Source: Bugula neritina
Taxonomy: Eukaryota; Animalia; Bryozoa
Assembly: GCA_964035545.1 (NCBI GenBank)
Contig: OZ037766.1
Location: forward strand, 16,730,722 to 16,794,721
DNA: 64,000 nucleotides
Direction of reading: 5' to 3'
Shown here: piece after piece, positions 1 through 13,000 of the stretch
Layout of the letters: each line of letters opens with the position of its first letter
How positions within the stretch are numbered: position 1 is the first letter of the stretch
Translations under genes and position numbers: made by a program
Notes under the pieces: generated by a model
The model's input: only the letters and a program-made list of their open reading frames with translations
Database searches by the model: none
What the model was told of the DNA's origin: nothing

Positions 1-2132
1 TGATAAGTTCAATGATGCAGGCATTGTGAGAGACTACAAAGAGATGAGTGAAAAGATGGAAAATGCTTTAGACATCAGCATGATAGAGAAATGTTATGTT
101 CCTCGCAAATTCCTGAGACCCGCAAGTATGAATATTTAATAAACAGAATCCATCACCAAAAATTTAGAATGACTTGATAATTTATTCCCAGCCTTGCACT
201 GAAAGATTTTTCTACTTTTGATGAGTTTTTCATTCTAGCAGTTCAACTGAAAGCCTTGGAGGCTGAAAGTATTTAAAAAAGGTTGATGCAGTTTATAGTT
301 GATATTTATTAGAAGATTGAGTTTTATTTCTACTCTCACATTATGAGATATTTCTTCAGGTTTTAGAGTTTATGATGTATAAGTGAGCTGCTAAACTGTG
401 TTATGCCGACTACTTGCTGTCAGTATTAACAAAACACTCTCTACCTGTGCAGGTTATGAGATTCCCAAGTTATAGAATTATCTGTTATGTTGTTGCAGAC
501 AGCGAAGACAGTCTGGGGCTGAAGCTGTTGCAGCCACCAGCTTCTCTACAGTCTAATGGATACTCTGCCGCTGGCTGTTTTTTCACAGTAAATATCTCAG
601 CTGATGGACATCTGATGCGTGGGACACGAAAAGGTGTAGAAGTAAGAAATAGACACACTCTTGATACTATCAGCTCAGTGAAACACAGCGACCCCACATT
701 ATGGGCAGAGATAATTCAACCTGAAGAGGTGGTGGTTGGCAGCTGCTATAAACGGAATGAGAATTCAGCTGAAGTCACACTTCTTCATCCGAAATCTCTG
801 AAGAAAACCAATTCTCTGTATAAACAGTCAGTAGATAAAATCACTTTTTATAAAATAGCACAGCACCTCTCACTGGTCTATATTGTAGACAAAAGAGAGA
901 GAAACAGCTGGTAGTCTATAATCTAGTTGACAATAAAATACAGAAGTTCCCACTTTTTGGGATAAAGAACCCAGACTCTGTATGCGTTCTCCCCGACTCA
1001 ACTCTCCTCATTGGAGACTTCGCTGTAGATGGTGGAGTGAAAAGATATAAAGTGGAGAACACAACGCTCACTTTAATGTGGGAGTTTACTTGCATCTCAG
1101 AACCAACTGGTATTTCCTTTGATCCAACATCTCAACTAGTTTACATCTGTATAGAAAATAGACCTCTCCTCATCCTCTCACTTGAAGGTAAATAAATACT
1201 TTGTTTATTATAGTAAGTTTAGTTAATTCAATAATAATTGGGATATTTTAGGATGAATGATTAATTTTAACTGATAGGCTGTGTTATGACTTATGATATT
1301 GTTAGTAAGTACTTGGCTCTCAGGCTAGTTTACTATGGGTAGTATTTCATAGAAGTATTTACAGTAATTTTAGAGGTGCTCAGTCTAACAACTGTACAGA
1401 CTGCAGCTACACATGAGTTACGATTTGCAGTTTGACTTCAGTCTAGTGCTGCTATTATTTTGGTCATCAGATAATTTAAAGACAAATAATTTGATACTTT
1501 TTGACTGCTATTACTGAGACTATTGTAACTTGATGATGGCTGGTAGAATAGTGTTTGTTGGTGAGACTCAAGTGGCTGTAATTAGTTCTTGTCAAACATT
1601 TAATATGTGATAATGTTGGAGTATATCTTATATTATGTAACTATTCATAATTATATTAGCTGGGCACTAAGTCTGTATTCTGAGTCTCTTCTCTTCATGT
1701 TGTCATTCATTATTAAGTAAACATTAGAGCAGTTGAGTAAATTATTCAATACTGACTGGTAGAACTATATTATCTTCAACATAATCTGCTTAGTTCCATC
1801 TTTAAATAAGGAAGTTTTTCTGAGTGAAAAATATGTTTGATACTTATTATAGTGCAGCTGCAGGTATATTATTGGATATATTTCAGTTACTATGTTATAC
1901 TAGAAAGTAGAAACTGCATTTAGTTGTGTTGTGATCTCACTGTAGTCTGTCTGTTTGTCTCAAACTGATACAATCTGGTGTTATTTTATTTACAGGGAAA
2001 CTGATGCACACCTTTTCACAGAGAAGTTTTGGTGTGAGTGCCAAGGTGTGTGACATTGCTGTGTATAATGGAGACAAGGTGCATCTAGCATGTGGAAAAT
2101 ATGGACTAAGGAGATACAAAATAAAATTCTAA
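1..2132 (+). pseudogene. 3' part of a TRIM-like gene (coiled-coil end plus NHL-like beta-propeller), frameshifted in this sequence
   Basis: Exons read by hand: <1-125 (DKFNDAGIVRDYKEMSEKMENAL..., helical), 499-1187 and 1996-2132 (GKLMHTF...RRYKIKF*), all with GT-AG boundaries. Blade-like motifs: NPDSVCVLPDSTLLIGD, EPTGISFDPTSQLVYIC, VCDIAVYNGDKVHLA. Exon 2 is 689 nt between two phase-1 introns (3n+2). Removing one AG from (AG)4 at 894-901 joins ORF 414..914 to the downstream open frame. The TRIM assignment is inferred from architecture because any RING/B-box would lie outside the window. Confidence 0.65.
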
Positions 2133-2852
2133 ACTTACCAGCTATATTTTACTCATTTACTAAATGAAGTTTATTTATGAAAATATTTTGTGACTATAGT
2201 TGTATGACTCAGTCACATATTTTTCATGCTTAGTCACAAGAATTCAAAAGAAAAATATAAATCTCTTTTATTTGAGTAGCTCTTATACTTGAGAGGTAGA
2301 TAAAAGCTGAGCCTAGGTTTAACACACAAGTCTACAAATACTAACCAATAAACTTCACACTCTAAAAATAATAAGTAATTTGAGTGTAAATAACAGACAT
2401 GCAGGTGCAGAGTAACTCAAACATACAGTAACTGCTGACAAGATATTTCTAACATTACATAATCATGTCTCAGAGTATGGCTGGGTAACATATTATAGTC
2501 TGTATTTAATATATATGACTGTCTGCACTGTCAACTCAGTTACCTCCACCTGGTACATTCCTATAAAATCTAACTTATGTATTCCCCCTCATCATTTCAA
2601 TTCTTAGGGAAATTGTCCTCCTAAAGCTTAGATAATACCACCATTTTATACTAATGTAAAGTACTAATATAATTTTTAATTAGCCAATAAGTTTTACTAT
2701 GTTGCTAGTAGTATTTGTAATAGAGCTATGTCGTAATCAGTGGTCACAGTTATTAATAATTATCAATCAATTGCTGCAATATGGATAATAATTCTGTCAC
2801 TTCCGGTTTTCTACAGCTCTACTGTTCACCATGTCAAACCATCTCAGCTGCT

Positions 2853-5800
2853 CTAAGACATTTCAACATCCTCATTAAAATAACCATCAGATTCCTTTCT
2901 GTAGACATGTTTTGGTCGCTCTAAAAACTTTTTAACTCTTTTTATTGCGTGTTGACTTGTTTCCTCCTCTTTTATTTCAGAATTCTACACATACAAGAGA
3001 ATTGGACATAATCCATTATTTTTAGTATATGAATGACATATTTCATACTATAGAAACATCAACACAAGTTTAGATATATTGATATTTGGAGTAAGGTATT
3101 GTGGTGAATTATGTAAGATATAAGAATTGGTAATTCATTGTGTAATTATGTTTATATATCTTTTTGGTCAAAAAATGATTGTTCCGTCATTACAATAATT
3201 TAGAATAAATTTAACAAGGCAGGTGATTTCTCAGGATTACCCAGTGTAAAAGACAACCAGTTTTAAAATAAACTCGTATTTTTATGGGCTTGTTTACTAA
3301 GCAATACTTGTTCCTCAATTTGATTATCAAACAGTTTCATGAAATAATTAATCTGAAATTACTCTGAAAGTCAACATATAGATTTTTGGGAATGGAAAGA
3401 GTATAACATACCTAAACTAAATGAAGAAAAGCTAATTGTTTTATGAATTATTTGCAAGCGAAAACATATAACGTGTAGTTTATAAAGTTAAATTTACAGA
3501 GTAAAGTATATGCAACTATCAAGTTTTTAACCCACATTATGACATCTAATATACAAAACACTTTACTCTTTAATCTTTTTTACAATGTGAAAGAAACAAT
3601 AAACTTTAAATTGTAAAACTGTTGAGTTTTGTGTGTTTTGTGTGGTGTGTGTGTGCGTGTGCGTGTGCGTGTGGTGTGTGTGTGTGCGTGTGTGTGTGTG
3701 TGTGTGTGAATAGTTGTCAGTCTGAGAAAATGTTTGTCTACAGTATCATGACCTAAATATCTAGTTTTTATTAATAAATGATATTCCTTTCCATATTTTA
3801 AGATATAACACAACGGAAAGAGTACTTGATCTACGATGAAGGGGGAGCTCTTCGAACAATGAGAGCATAGTAATAGCAACATGTTGCAATTCACAACTTT
3901 CGATTGACTATAAATTTATAAATTATATGACTTACATTAACAACATTTTCAGTGAGTATTGTGGAAATTGGAGGAGTGATATTCTCAATGTGGAGCTGTT
4001 CTCGGACAACAACTAGAATCCTATTTGGCTGATAACATTTCATTCCATATGTGTTTCTCCCTGTTGTTTAATAAGTGAGAACTATAGTGGATATATCATA
4101 AATATGATATAGCAGATACCTAGGAAATATAACTATCTCTTTAACTTAATAAATACATACATTGTTTATTAATCAGTAAAATGAAGTTCCGGCATCATGC
4201 TGGCAACATGGTCAAATACTTTTGCTCTAGCTTATAGGAGCAATTATGATCCGATGCTTTCCCTTAATCAACAATAACTCAGCGGAATTCTAGCCTATGA
4301 CCTAGCACATTTGTCATAATAAGTTATTAAATATTGGGCCGCGCTGCTCCCTGTAACTTTAGTTAATATAGATTAAGTAATAAATCGCATTAAAAACTGG
4401 TATATAAATTAAATTCATATTTTATATTAAAAAATTCTTGCTTGCAAAATTTGTGATCAAAATAAAAGATGTCATCTCATATCAACAACACACACAACAC
4501 AGACAACACACACATACCTGCAAGATCAGCTTCCGATCTACATTGCGCACTGGTGATGTATGAGTTACTTAAGAGAATCACCACCTTCCTACTCTTTTCT
4601 AGCACATTGCACATTTCGGTATGTCTTCTAGCACCTGGTACAGAATCTCTGTCGTACAAGTACAAGCAGCACTCATCCTGGAAGTTAAAGTTTCTGGTAT
4701 TTAGTAGATAGATTGCACTTATTTACTTATAAATGACTCATGGCATGCAAAGATATTTTGTCCTTATTAGTTATTTAGCTTTGTGACTAAATCACAAATT
4801 CATGTTACACATACACTTGTAAAATACAAAAAGAAGATTTTTGATATATACACTCATGGTTAAATAAAAAGCACATTTTATGGAGCTAGGCAACATATTA
4901 TGTCCCCTAATTGTTCTCTAAAGCATTCAAATTGTCATAAGTAACTGTATGAATAAGCTCTGTATACAACACTATATAAGCTATATATATAACTATATAC
5001 CTTTTTTTCAACAGCTGGAATTATTCTTTCTTTTAAAAATTTCACATCAACTTGAGACTCGGAATCATAAGAAATAAACGCATCATATGTACACTCATTT
5101 TCAAATCTTATGCTTCTCAGTTGATTAACAAATGTGGTCCAGACAACTTTAGGATGAGAAACAAACCACCTGAACTTGTAACAGGGTACAGCAATTACTG
5201 CTGTTAAGATTATACTACCAATGACACTCAAAGTTGCAATAAGCGGTATTTTTGTATCACATTCAAACACATTCCTTTGAAAACTGTAAACAAACTCATC
5301 TTGACCAGAACACCTAACTTCTTGATAACGAGTAACTAGTGCACGATTGTTCAACAACCAGCTTTTAAAAAAGATGTCACAGTCGCACGAAAATGTATTT
5401 CCATCAATGTTCAATGATGCAACTAGACTCTTTTCCAATTCCTCCAAAAACTCCTGAGTAAAGTTTGTAATTTGGTTGTGGTCCAAGTTGATAAGTTGTA
5501 GATTCAATAGAGGAGCAATGCCAATATCAAAACTGACTAGTCTGTTAAGGCTCATGTCAATTTCCCTGAGGTTCAAATTTTTTAAAAATGTGTCTCTTTG
5601 AACGCTTGATATGTTGTTATATCGAAGTTTTATAGTTTCCAAATTCATCATTTGAATTGTTAAATTGTAAGGAATTGATGGTATTTTATTGTCTGACAAA
5701 TCTAGAATTTTCAAGGCTTTTAGTTTAGATAATTCAATAGCTGTGTGATCCCAATTTGCTCCAAGGTTATTGTTTTTTAAATATAGTTCCATGAGGGATG

Positions 5801-7636
5801 GGCAGATGCCATATAAATTTGTAAGTCTATTATTTTCCATTTTCAACACCGAAAGAGCTGAAATATTGATGCAAAGTTGTGTCATGTTAGTGTTATCTAA
5901 AGCAATAGGATCTATAAATGAATGGAGAAAATTGTCATTTAAGTTTAAATTCTCTAATGATGTTAATTGCGGAATGCTCACTGAAATGCCATGATTCAGC
6001 TGTCTGCTATGGCATAACGTGTGTTGTTGCAAAAGCAAAATATCATTATTTCTGTAAGCTAACAAAGGCATGGTGTGTAAGTAATTCTTGCTCAGATCCA
6101 AGGACTTCAAATGATTAATTGCTATCCACCATCTAATTGGGAGAAAAGTCTGATATTCATCTGATGCTATTCCTGCACTTTTGAGACTTAATTCAATTAT
6201 ACTTAGTGTTGAGGTTTGCAATCTGGTTCGTCTAGTTCCTAGAGGGTTTCCATCAAGTACAACACTTTTCAGGTTCGGACAAAAATCAAAGGCATTGAAA
6301 GGTATAATGGAAATTCTACAGTACCCTAAATTCAACTGTTGCAAAGTTGTGAAATTAGTAAATACTGTAGTTTGCAACTCGGAACCAAAGGCCAAGTCAC
6401 TATACTTAAAGTTAAGTTCAATAAGGTTTGGTAGTTTTTTAAGCATATCCATTGTAGCATTTGAAAAATAACAATCAGAGAAAACTCGAAAAATTGTTCG
6501 CCATCTTTGCATATAAACTACCTGCAAACTTTCAGGAAAATATATAAAAGCATGCTTTGCATCATTTGGGCACTTTTTGTATGGTGCGACACCACTCAAA
6601 TCAAGCACTTGTAAATGGGTAAAATGAGCTAAAACTGTTGCACCAGTTTTCCAGAAGTCGAAAACATCTGACATATTCAAATTAACCAGCTTAGAGTTAA
6701 TAGGAGAGAAATACGATTTTGATAGCTCATTGAAGCCACAACCTTTAGGTCCAGTCATTCCAGCCATATTGAACTCTCGCAAACTAGCAAGGTGTTTAAA
6801 CTCTGGGCTAATTGTATCGCAGTTATGTAGTTTAATGCAATTGTTAGCCAAATTTAAAGAAACTAAATCTGGAATTTTAGAAAATATTTTCACAGGTATA
6901 TCAGTAAACAGGTTTCTTTCCAAATTTAAATGCTCAATGGAGTTATTTTGTACAAACAAATCATCAGGTAGTGTGTCAAGGGATGTGTCTCGGATAGTTA
7001 AACTGTTTAATGCTGAGGCATGCTGAAAGGTATGGGGAGAGATAGAGTGTAAATTGCCTGATATGGTTACTGTTTCGAGTCTGGGCAGAGCTTTCAGGTG
7101 TTCATCAGTAAGAGTCACACCAGGGCCATAGAATTTAATGTCTAGAAGCACCAAAGTCCGAGGAAGCTTTGCAAAGATCCCCGGATCTTCTGTTGTGCAT
7201 ATGGCAGTAGTGAAGTTGCATAATTGGCATTCATCCAAATTGCAGCTTTCGGATTTGCCATGTTTTACTGACAGCAGCCATATTACAAGAAAGCAACTCC
7301 AAATATTCTTCTAGAAATTCAAAAGAAAAATAAATATATGTATAAGCGTGTATAACATGTATAACCTGTCATGCATAGTAATGCTCCGCAAAAATGCATG
7401 GTAAATTGATTTGTCCAAGTTATTGCAATAGAATTAAATTTCATTGGGTTTTCTGTGATCACAAATAAATGAGCAAATTATTTCACAAAAATATTCACTG
7501 AAATTAGGTTTTGCATAAAACAAATATAGTACTTTTGACTGTGTATACTGTAAAGGCTACATCAAGCACAAATTAAAAATCTAAAACATAATACCAAAGT
7601 AAAGATTGAATGTACTTATACTTTTAGTGGTTTCAT
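2853..7636 (-). CDS. TLR: Toll-like receptor, single-cysteine-cluster type (signal peptide, LRR array, LRRCT, TM, TIR)
   Basis: Exons (minus): 7636-7622 (MKPLK, tentative start), 7310-5001 (KNIWSCFLVIWLLSV signal peptide; many LxxLxLxxN repeats; LRRCT GNTFSCDC...C...C; TM LIATLSVIGSIILTAVIAV; TIR box1 YDAFISY), 4677-4518 (LYLYDRDSVPG...SRKVVILLSNSYITSAQCRSE), 4060-3936 (RILVVVREQL...), 2984-2853 (AIKRVKKFL...EMS*). Splice phases 0,0,1,0 join into one open frame. Confidence 0.9.
3626..3708. repeat. (GT)n/(GTGC)n microsatellite in the last TLR intron
   Basis: Direct reading of a gtgtgt/gcgtgt run. Confidence 0.95.
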
Positions 7637-7806
7637 TAGCAGTACCAACAAAAGATAATAATCTTAGAGCCTAGGTTAGGCTACATGAATACTTTAATCT
7701 AATTACCACCTCTAATCACACCCTGTAAAGGAATGTCCATGTAGGGAATTATCACATCAAATTTTTGCATGTATTCTATATTCAAGAATATTTATTTTAT
7801 CATATT

Positions 7807-8233
7807 ATATGGGTCATTTTACTTAATTTAGTAATCACTGGAAATCTCCAGTTTTTAGTTATTTTTTACAATTTAGCTGTTAATGAACATGGGTTTTTGC
7901 CCAAAACTAGTAAAACATGATGAACACACCTAAATAATCAAGATTCTTCTTAATTTTGCTTGATTTCCCACATTTTTTCTAATTATTCAGCTACTTTTGA
8001 TTGCAGAGTGTTATGAAAAAACCATAACTCTCCGAAGTCAAAAGTAGCTGAATGATTAAAAAAAAACATGGGAAATCAAGTAAAATTAAGAAGAACCTTG
8101 ATTGTTTAGGTGTATTCATTCATATTTTACTAGTTTTGGGCAAAAGCCTTTCTTCATTAGCAGCTAATTTGTGAAAAATAGCTGAAAACTGGAGATTTCC
8201 AGTGTATACTAAATTAAGTAAAATGACCCATAT
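7807..8233. mobile_element. Fold-back MITE (~430 bp, inverted arms ~200 bp), TA-flanked, possibly Tc1/mariner-derived
   Basis: The left end atatgggtcattttacttaatttagta is the reverse complement of the right end tactaaattaagtaaaatgacccatat. Pairing continues inward with mismatches to a short loop near 8016-8022. No ORF. Confidence 0.85.
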
Positions 8234-10048
8234 ATATGTATATGTGTGCATGTTTTGTGTGCTCATAGATAGTTACTATAATAGTCTCAATATAATAATA
8301 GCATTGTTTCTAATTTTCTAATTTTCTTCTTACCTGATTTAAAGCACATTTTTGCAGTCTTGGTTTGTGCTGAATTATTGAATCAAAGTATAATATGTAT
8401 TTTTTAATTAAATTTCCTAGATGCTGCAAGAAAAACTATTGCACTACAAATATGCTGCTGTATGCCAGTTTTGTATTTTATTCCTTTGATATCTACAGCT
8501 GCGTTTTGTCTTGAACAAAGAGTTTCAGGTAAAAAAATGTGTTAAGAATATGTATTAAACAAAATTGATTTTCAATCCAGTCGTCATTGAAAATTTATGT
8601 GTCTAAAAACTCACTATGAACTTTTTCTTAGAACATTACATTGTTTGAGACATAAATTAATAATTTTTTTAAATTAATTTAAAAATGACACTTTTTACCT
8701 AACTCATACTATTAGTAGCTGCAACCACTTTGCTCTACATATTTTAAAAAAGTCTAACGTGCAAAATAATAAAATTTTAGTAAAAATGCTTCTGATTATC
8801 ATGAGCATATAAGTTTGTTGACAATACCAGCAGCTGTCTTGAAATATTTGCAATAATGTTATAACTCTTAGTTTTAATTAGATTGTTTACATAATCGTAT
8901 ATTTTTTATATTATATTATATGTTGCAATCTATTTCTGAAACAGTACTCGAAGCAGTTTTATTTTGATTAGCTTAATTTACCACAGGTAGTACATTAATT
9001 TATAGTCACAATCATGTGCTATACAACGTCATTATTAAGTAAATTTGTGATATATTATATGACCATTATAAAAAATGCATGTGATGGTGGACACTTAATA
9101 GTGTAATTATTAGTCATAGTTTATTGAATGTCAGCTGTGATAATCAAATATATTAAGGTCAAAGCATATAAATAATAATGATGCACTATTTTCCAAATAA
9201 AAAACCCAAAATTTTAATACAGAGATTTTGGTAAAAAGCATTGAAATATGTATACACATACATGATAAACTTACCATGTTTCTCTCTCATTAGGTAATAA
9301 ATTGAGACTCGCCTTTTCCCACATTTGTTAAAATATGACAAGGAAGAAAGAATAACCAAGATGAAGCTGAAGAACAATAGTGTAGATAAGAATGATTAAG
9401 GTATGGCGACATGTTTCTCAATCTGTCCTGCTATTGGCTTTCTACACAATATACAGGCCTGCTTATCATAGACACAATGTCTTCGTATCAACAAGGAGGA
9501 GATAAGATTAAACCTTAGTTGTATATGCAAAAGAAAATCTGATGAGAAACAGCTGATAGCTCAAAGGTTTCTTCTTTATCTTCAAGTCATAACATGATTA
9601 CACAATACATTTGATAGAGAGATTTCTTATATTTATATTTTATAAAATTTAGTTCCACTACAACAGTTGTTAAGCTTGAACAGTGCATAGCATACTACAT
9701 TCAACACCAGTCAAAAGTCTTTGGTCATAAGATAGAATTTTCAATTCAAATTCACAAAATATAATAAATAGTGTGGATAAAAAAACATGCTGTTTTAACA
9801 AGTCAATAAAACATAAAATATGTATAAATATAAATATATATATATGATTTCTTAGCTGAGCTTCAACATAAAAGTTATTTAATAATAACAGAAAGAATCT
9901 GATAGCTGCTATAACTTTAGACAGAGACTGAGCACATCGCACTACAGCAATGTCATCGTAATAAGGAAATTAAAATATCATGAAACATGATGGAGATAAC
10001 TTTGCCCATCTCAAGTGACGCTTAATGCAAAAAAATCCCACAATTGCT

Positions 10049-13000
10049 TCAACCACTGATATCCCAGTGTTTCCATGGAGTGTTTGAAAACATCTCTTTG
10101 TAAAGTTGAGGAATTATCTCCACTTGCTGGGCTGCTGAAGCAGCGTAACTTGGATATTTCTCAATTACAATCTTGGCAGCTGCAGCATGCTCTTTGGCAG
10201 CCTGCTGACAGTAACCAAGGGCGGTAGTCAGCTCTCTCATACGCTTCGTAGGGTTAGCATGACTCCCTAAAAACAAACACCAACAATGAAAAAATTATAA
10301 AATATGACTTTATAAAGTAAGTCAAATTTTTTAGTAGCTAAGAGAAAATATAGTTTCACAGTTATTGCATAGGTTTACAGGACATACAGTAATATGTTTT
10401 TTTTTAGGCAAATGCTAAAATAATGCCTGTCATATACACAGGTTGATGGAGCAAAACTATTAAAGGCAAGCCAAAGGTATGCAGCTGAAATATTTTAGTA
10501 TGACACATGCGTATAGGCTATTCATGCCTTATAGTTAAAGTTGATCCACAACTCTTTTTGATTTTTATATTACATAGACAAATATGTAAGATGAAATGGT
10601 ATGATAGAAAGGTGCATGTACTAGTAGCTACCTGCAGTGTTGAGCATTAGCAGCTCCATATATTCATTATAAAGTCTAGTCACTGCTTGTTGGTCTTTAA
10701 TGTCAGCCAAATTATCTGCAAGTACATAGGTCAACTTTGCACACAACAGCTTCACCAATACTCCACCTTAACAGCCCTGATTAGTAAAACCCATTAGAAT
10801 ATATATTATACTATATTTCAGTAGGTTACAGTAAATAATATACCAAAAATGAAACTATTTTTCCAATAGAATATTATAATATGTAGCATCAAACCAATTT
10901 GAAGTTAACTTTTACACACAAGGATGGAGTATAGAATAACAATGCTGCATATTTGATAAAATTTGTACCAAGTTACTTGAGTTATAAGACTAATCAGCAA
11001 TTAGGGAACCCATTTAGCAGCCTGACGTTACCTTAATTTCAGATAAGAGTAAATTTAACCACATGGTCAACTAATCTAATTAAAAATAAGGAGTATTCCA
11101 CTTAACATGACAAATTATTTATAATAAATATTCAAATATAAACATGAAAGTCCTCTAAATAGCAACCTTCATTGATAGTGTTGAGAACAGCAAGTAGTCC
11201 TAGCTCCTCGTCGCTGCATGCCACTTCCTTTAACTTCTTTCCAAAGAAATCGAAATGATGCACCAAGATCTAGCTCAAAATAAAAAAGCATTGAAAGAAT
11301 AAGACATTACCTAACATATAGCAAAACATTCAAATGTTGAATACTCTTATGAAATTTTCTAGTTGTTTTCAAAGGTGAAAAATGAAGTAATGTATAATTT
11401 TGCTAATCTATAAATATTCTATTTTTGTGTTTAAGAAAACTGTATCATTTCAAAGAAACTTTCATTTGAAGCCAAATAATAAGTAATAAATAACTAAAGA
11501 ACTAAATGTGTTACTTGAATTAGTTATAGTACTCTCAAGTTATTGTATTAGTTCTAGTACTACCAAGTTATTGTATTAGTTCTAGCACTACCAAGTTATT
11601 GTATTAGTTCTAGCACTATTATGTTATTGCATTAATTCCAACTAGTAGTTAGTTCCATTCTTATAGATGTAGCATTGATTTTAGAGAATCAAAGGAAATA
11701 GAGTCTCACTAACCTCATATTCTGGATACAGACTGACAAGTCTGCTAGGTGCTGCCTCCCACGACCTCCAACCAAAAAGATAATGCTTCCCGGTCTCCAG
11801 GTCATAACGCTGTGACGCTGCTAACAACAGTAACCTGTATATCGAGCACTTAGTCAGCAAAATCCTATCTTCCAAATGAAGTTGCATAAATCCTGAAAAA
11901 TGTCAATCAACTTGTTAAAAATAAATCATGTGACCTGGCCAATGATGCCTGATATAGTAATCAATGTTTTCACATAATTGTTCATTTTACATGGCACCTT
12001 CATACCAAAAATCCCTAGTGATCACGCTGAATGTGCCAAACCATTATTCTGCAATGAACTACCACTACAGTGCTATCCATCGTATTTTTACTGGCAGCAT
12101 TGTACAAAGATGACAAAACCAAAACTAAACTTAAATCTAGTTATTTCTTTGAGGCCAAAATGCAAAAATATTTATTATATTTCAATGTATTACTTGGTGC
12201 ATAAAAGGCAACATCTAATATTTAAATTAAAAAATAATATATTTAGCTTAATATGTTAATAAAAGATAATAATTAACCACAGCTTTGTTGTGCTGAAAAT
12301 TGTTTCAATTTTGACACACTAAAAATTGGTAGTAAGACATAATAAATAGCCCATCACTGAGCAGGACCAGACCAAAGGTGATCAGGCATAATAAATAGAA
12401 ATTAAAATGTTAGTAAAGTTAACTTTACTAAGAATCAAAATATAGATAAGAAATATAGCAACTATGGTAAAGAATATAATTCAAATTGTACCAATAACTA
12501 TTCTAGATTTATTTTTGTACAAATATGTAAATGAATTAAAGTTTGCATGAAAAAGGAATGGCTAGAAATTTTGTATGTACAAATAACCAAGCTTGAATAT
12601 TTTTATGAAAAAACATTATGCACAACTATTATGTGAAAGATGGAAATTATAAAAAAACCATTTGATTTTAAAAGCTTTCAATAGTCAATTATAAATGCAC
12701 CCTCTTTTCAGATATTGGGCTAATAATTCTTAATTCCAAATACCTTTACAACAGCTAAAAATAAGTGTTGAAACATCACTTGAAATTTTAAAAAATGCTC
12801 CAAAGTAATTTTGCTATAGCTAATATCATTTAAAATTTGAAACATGTTAAACCTAAAGTAACATCTCATGATATAGAATGGCTTTTTCCTGACTCGGGGC
12901 TAAATCAAAACATTTCTTTCTATATTGGAAAGTAAAAGATGTAAGGCTTAGAAAAAGTAACCAACAACATGAATGTATAATAGATAAATTCATTAGAGAA

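Noticed and set aside
3580-3894. 104-aa ORF with an HT repeat
   Set aside because: It is the translation of the (GT)n microsatellite inside a TLR intron.
4061-4120. Alternative upstream acceptor for TLR exon 4 (ctatag near 4082)
   Set aside because: It gives an early stop (V-L-T-Y-*); the acceptor at 4061 keeps the TIR frame open.
11536-11645. 28-bp repeats superficially like a CRISPR array
   Set aside because: Head-to-tail with no spacers, inside a eukaryotic intron, and no cas genes.
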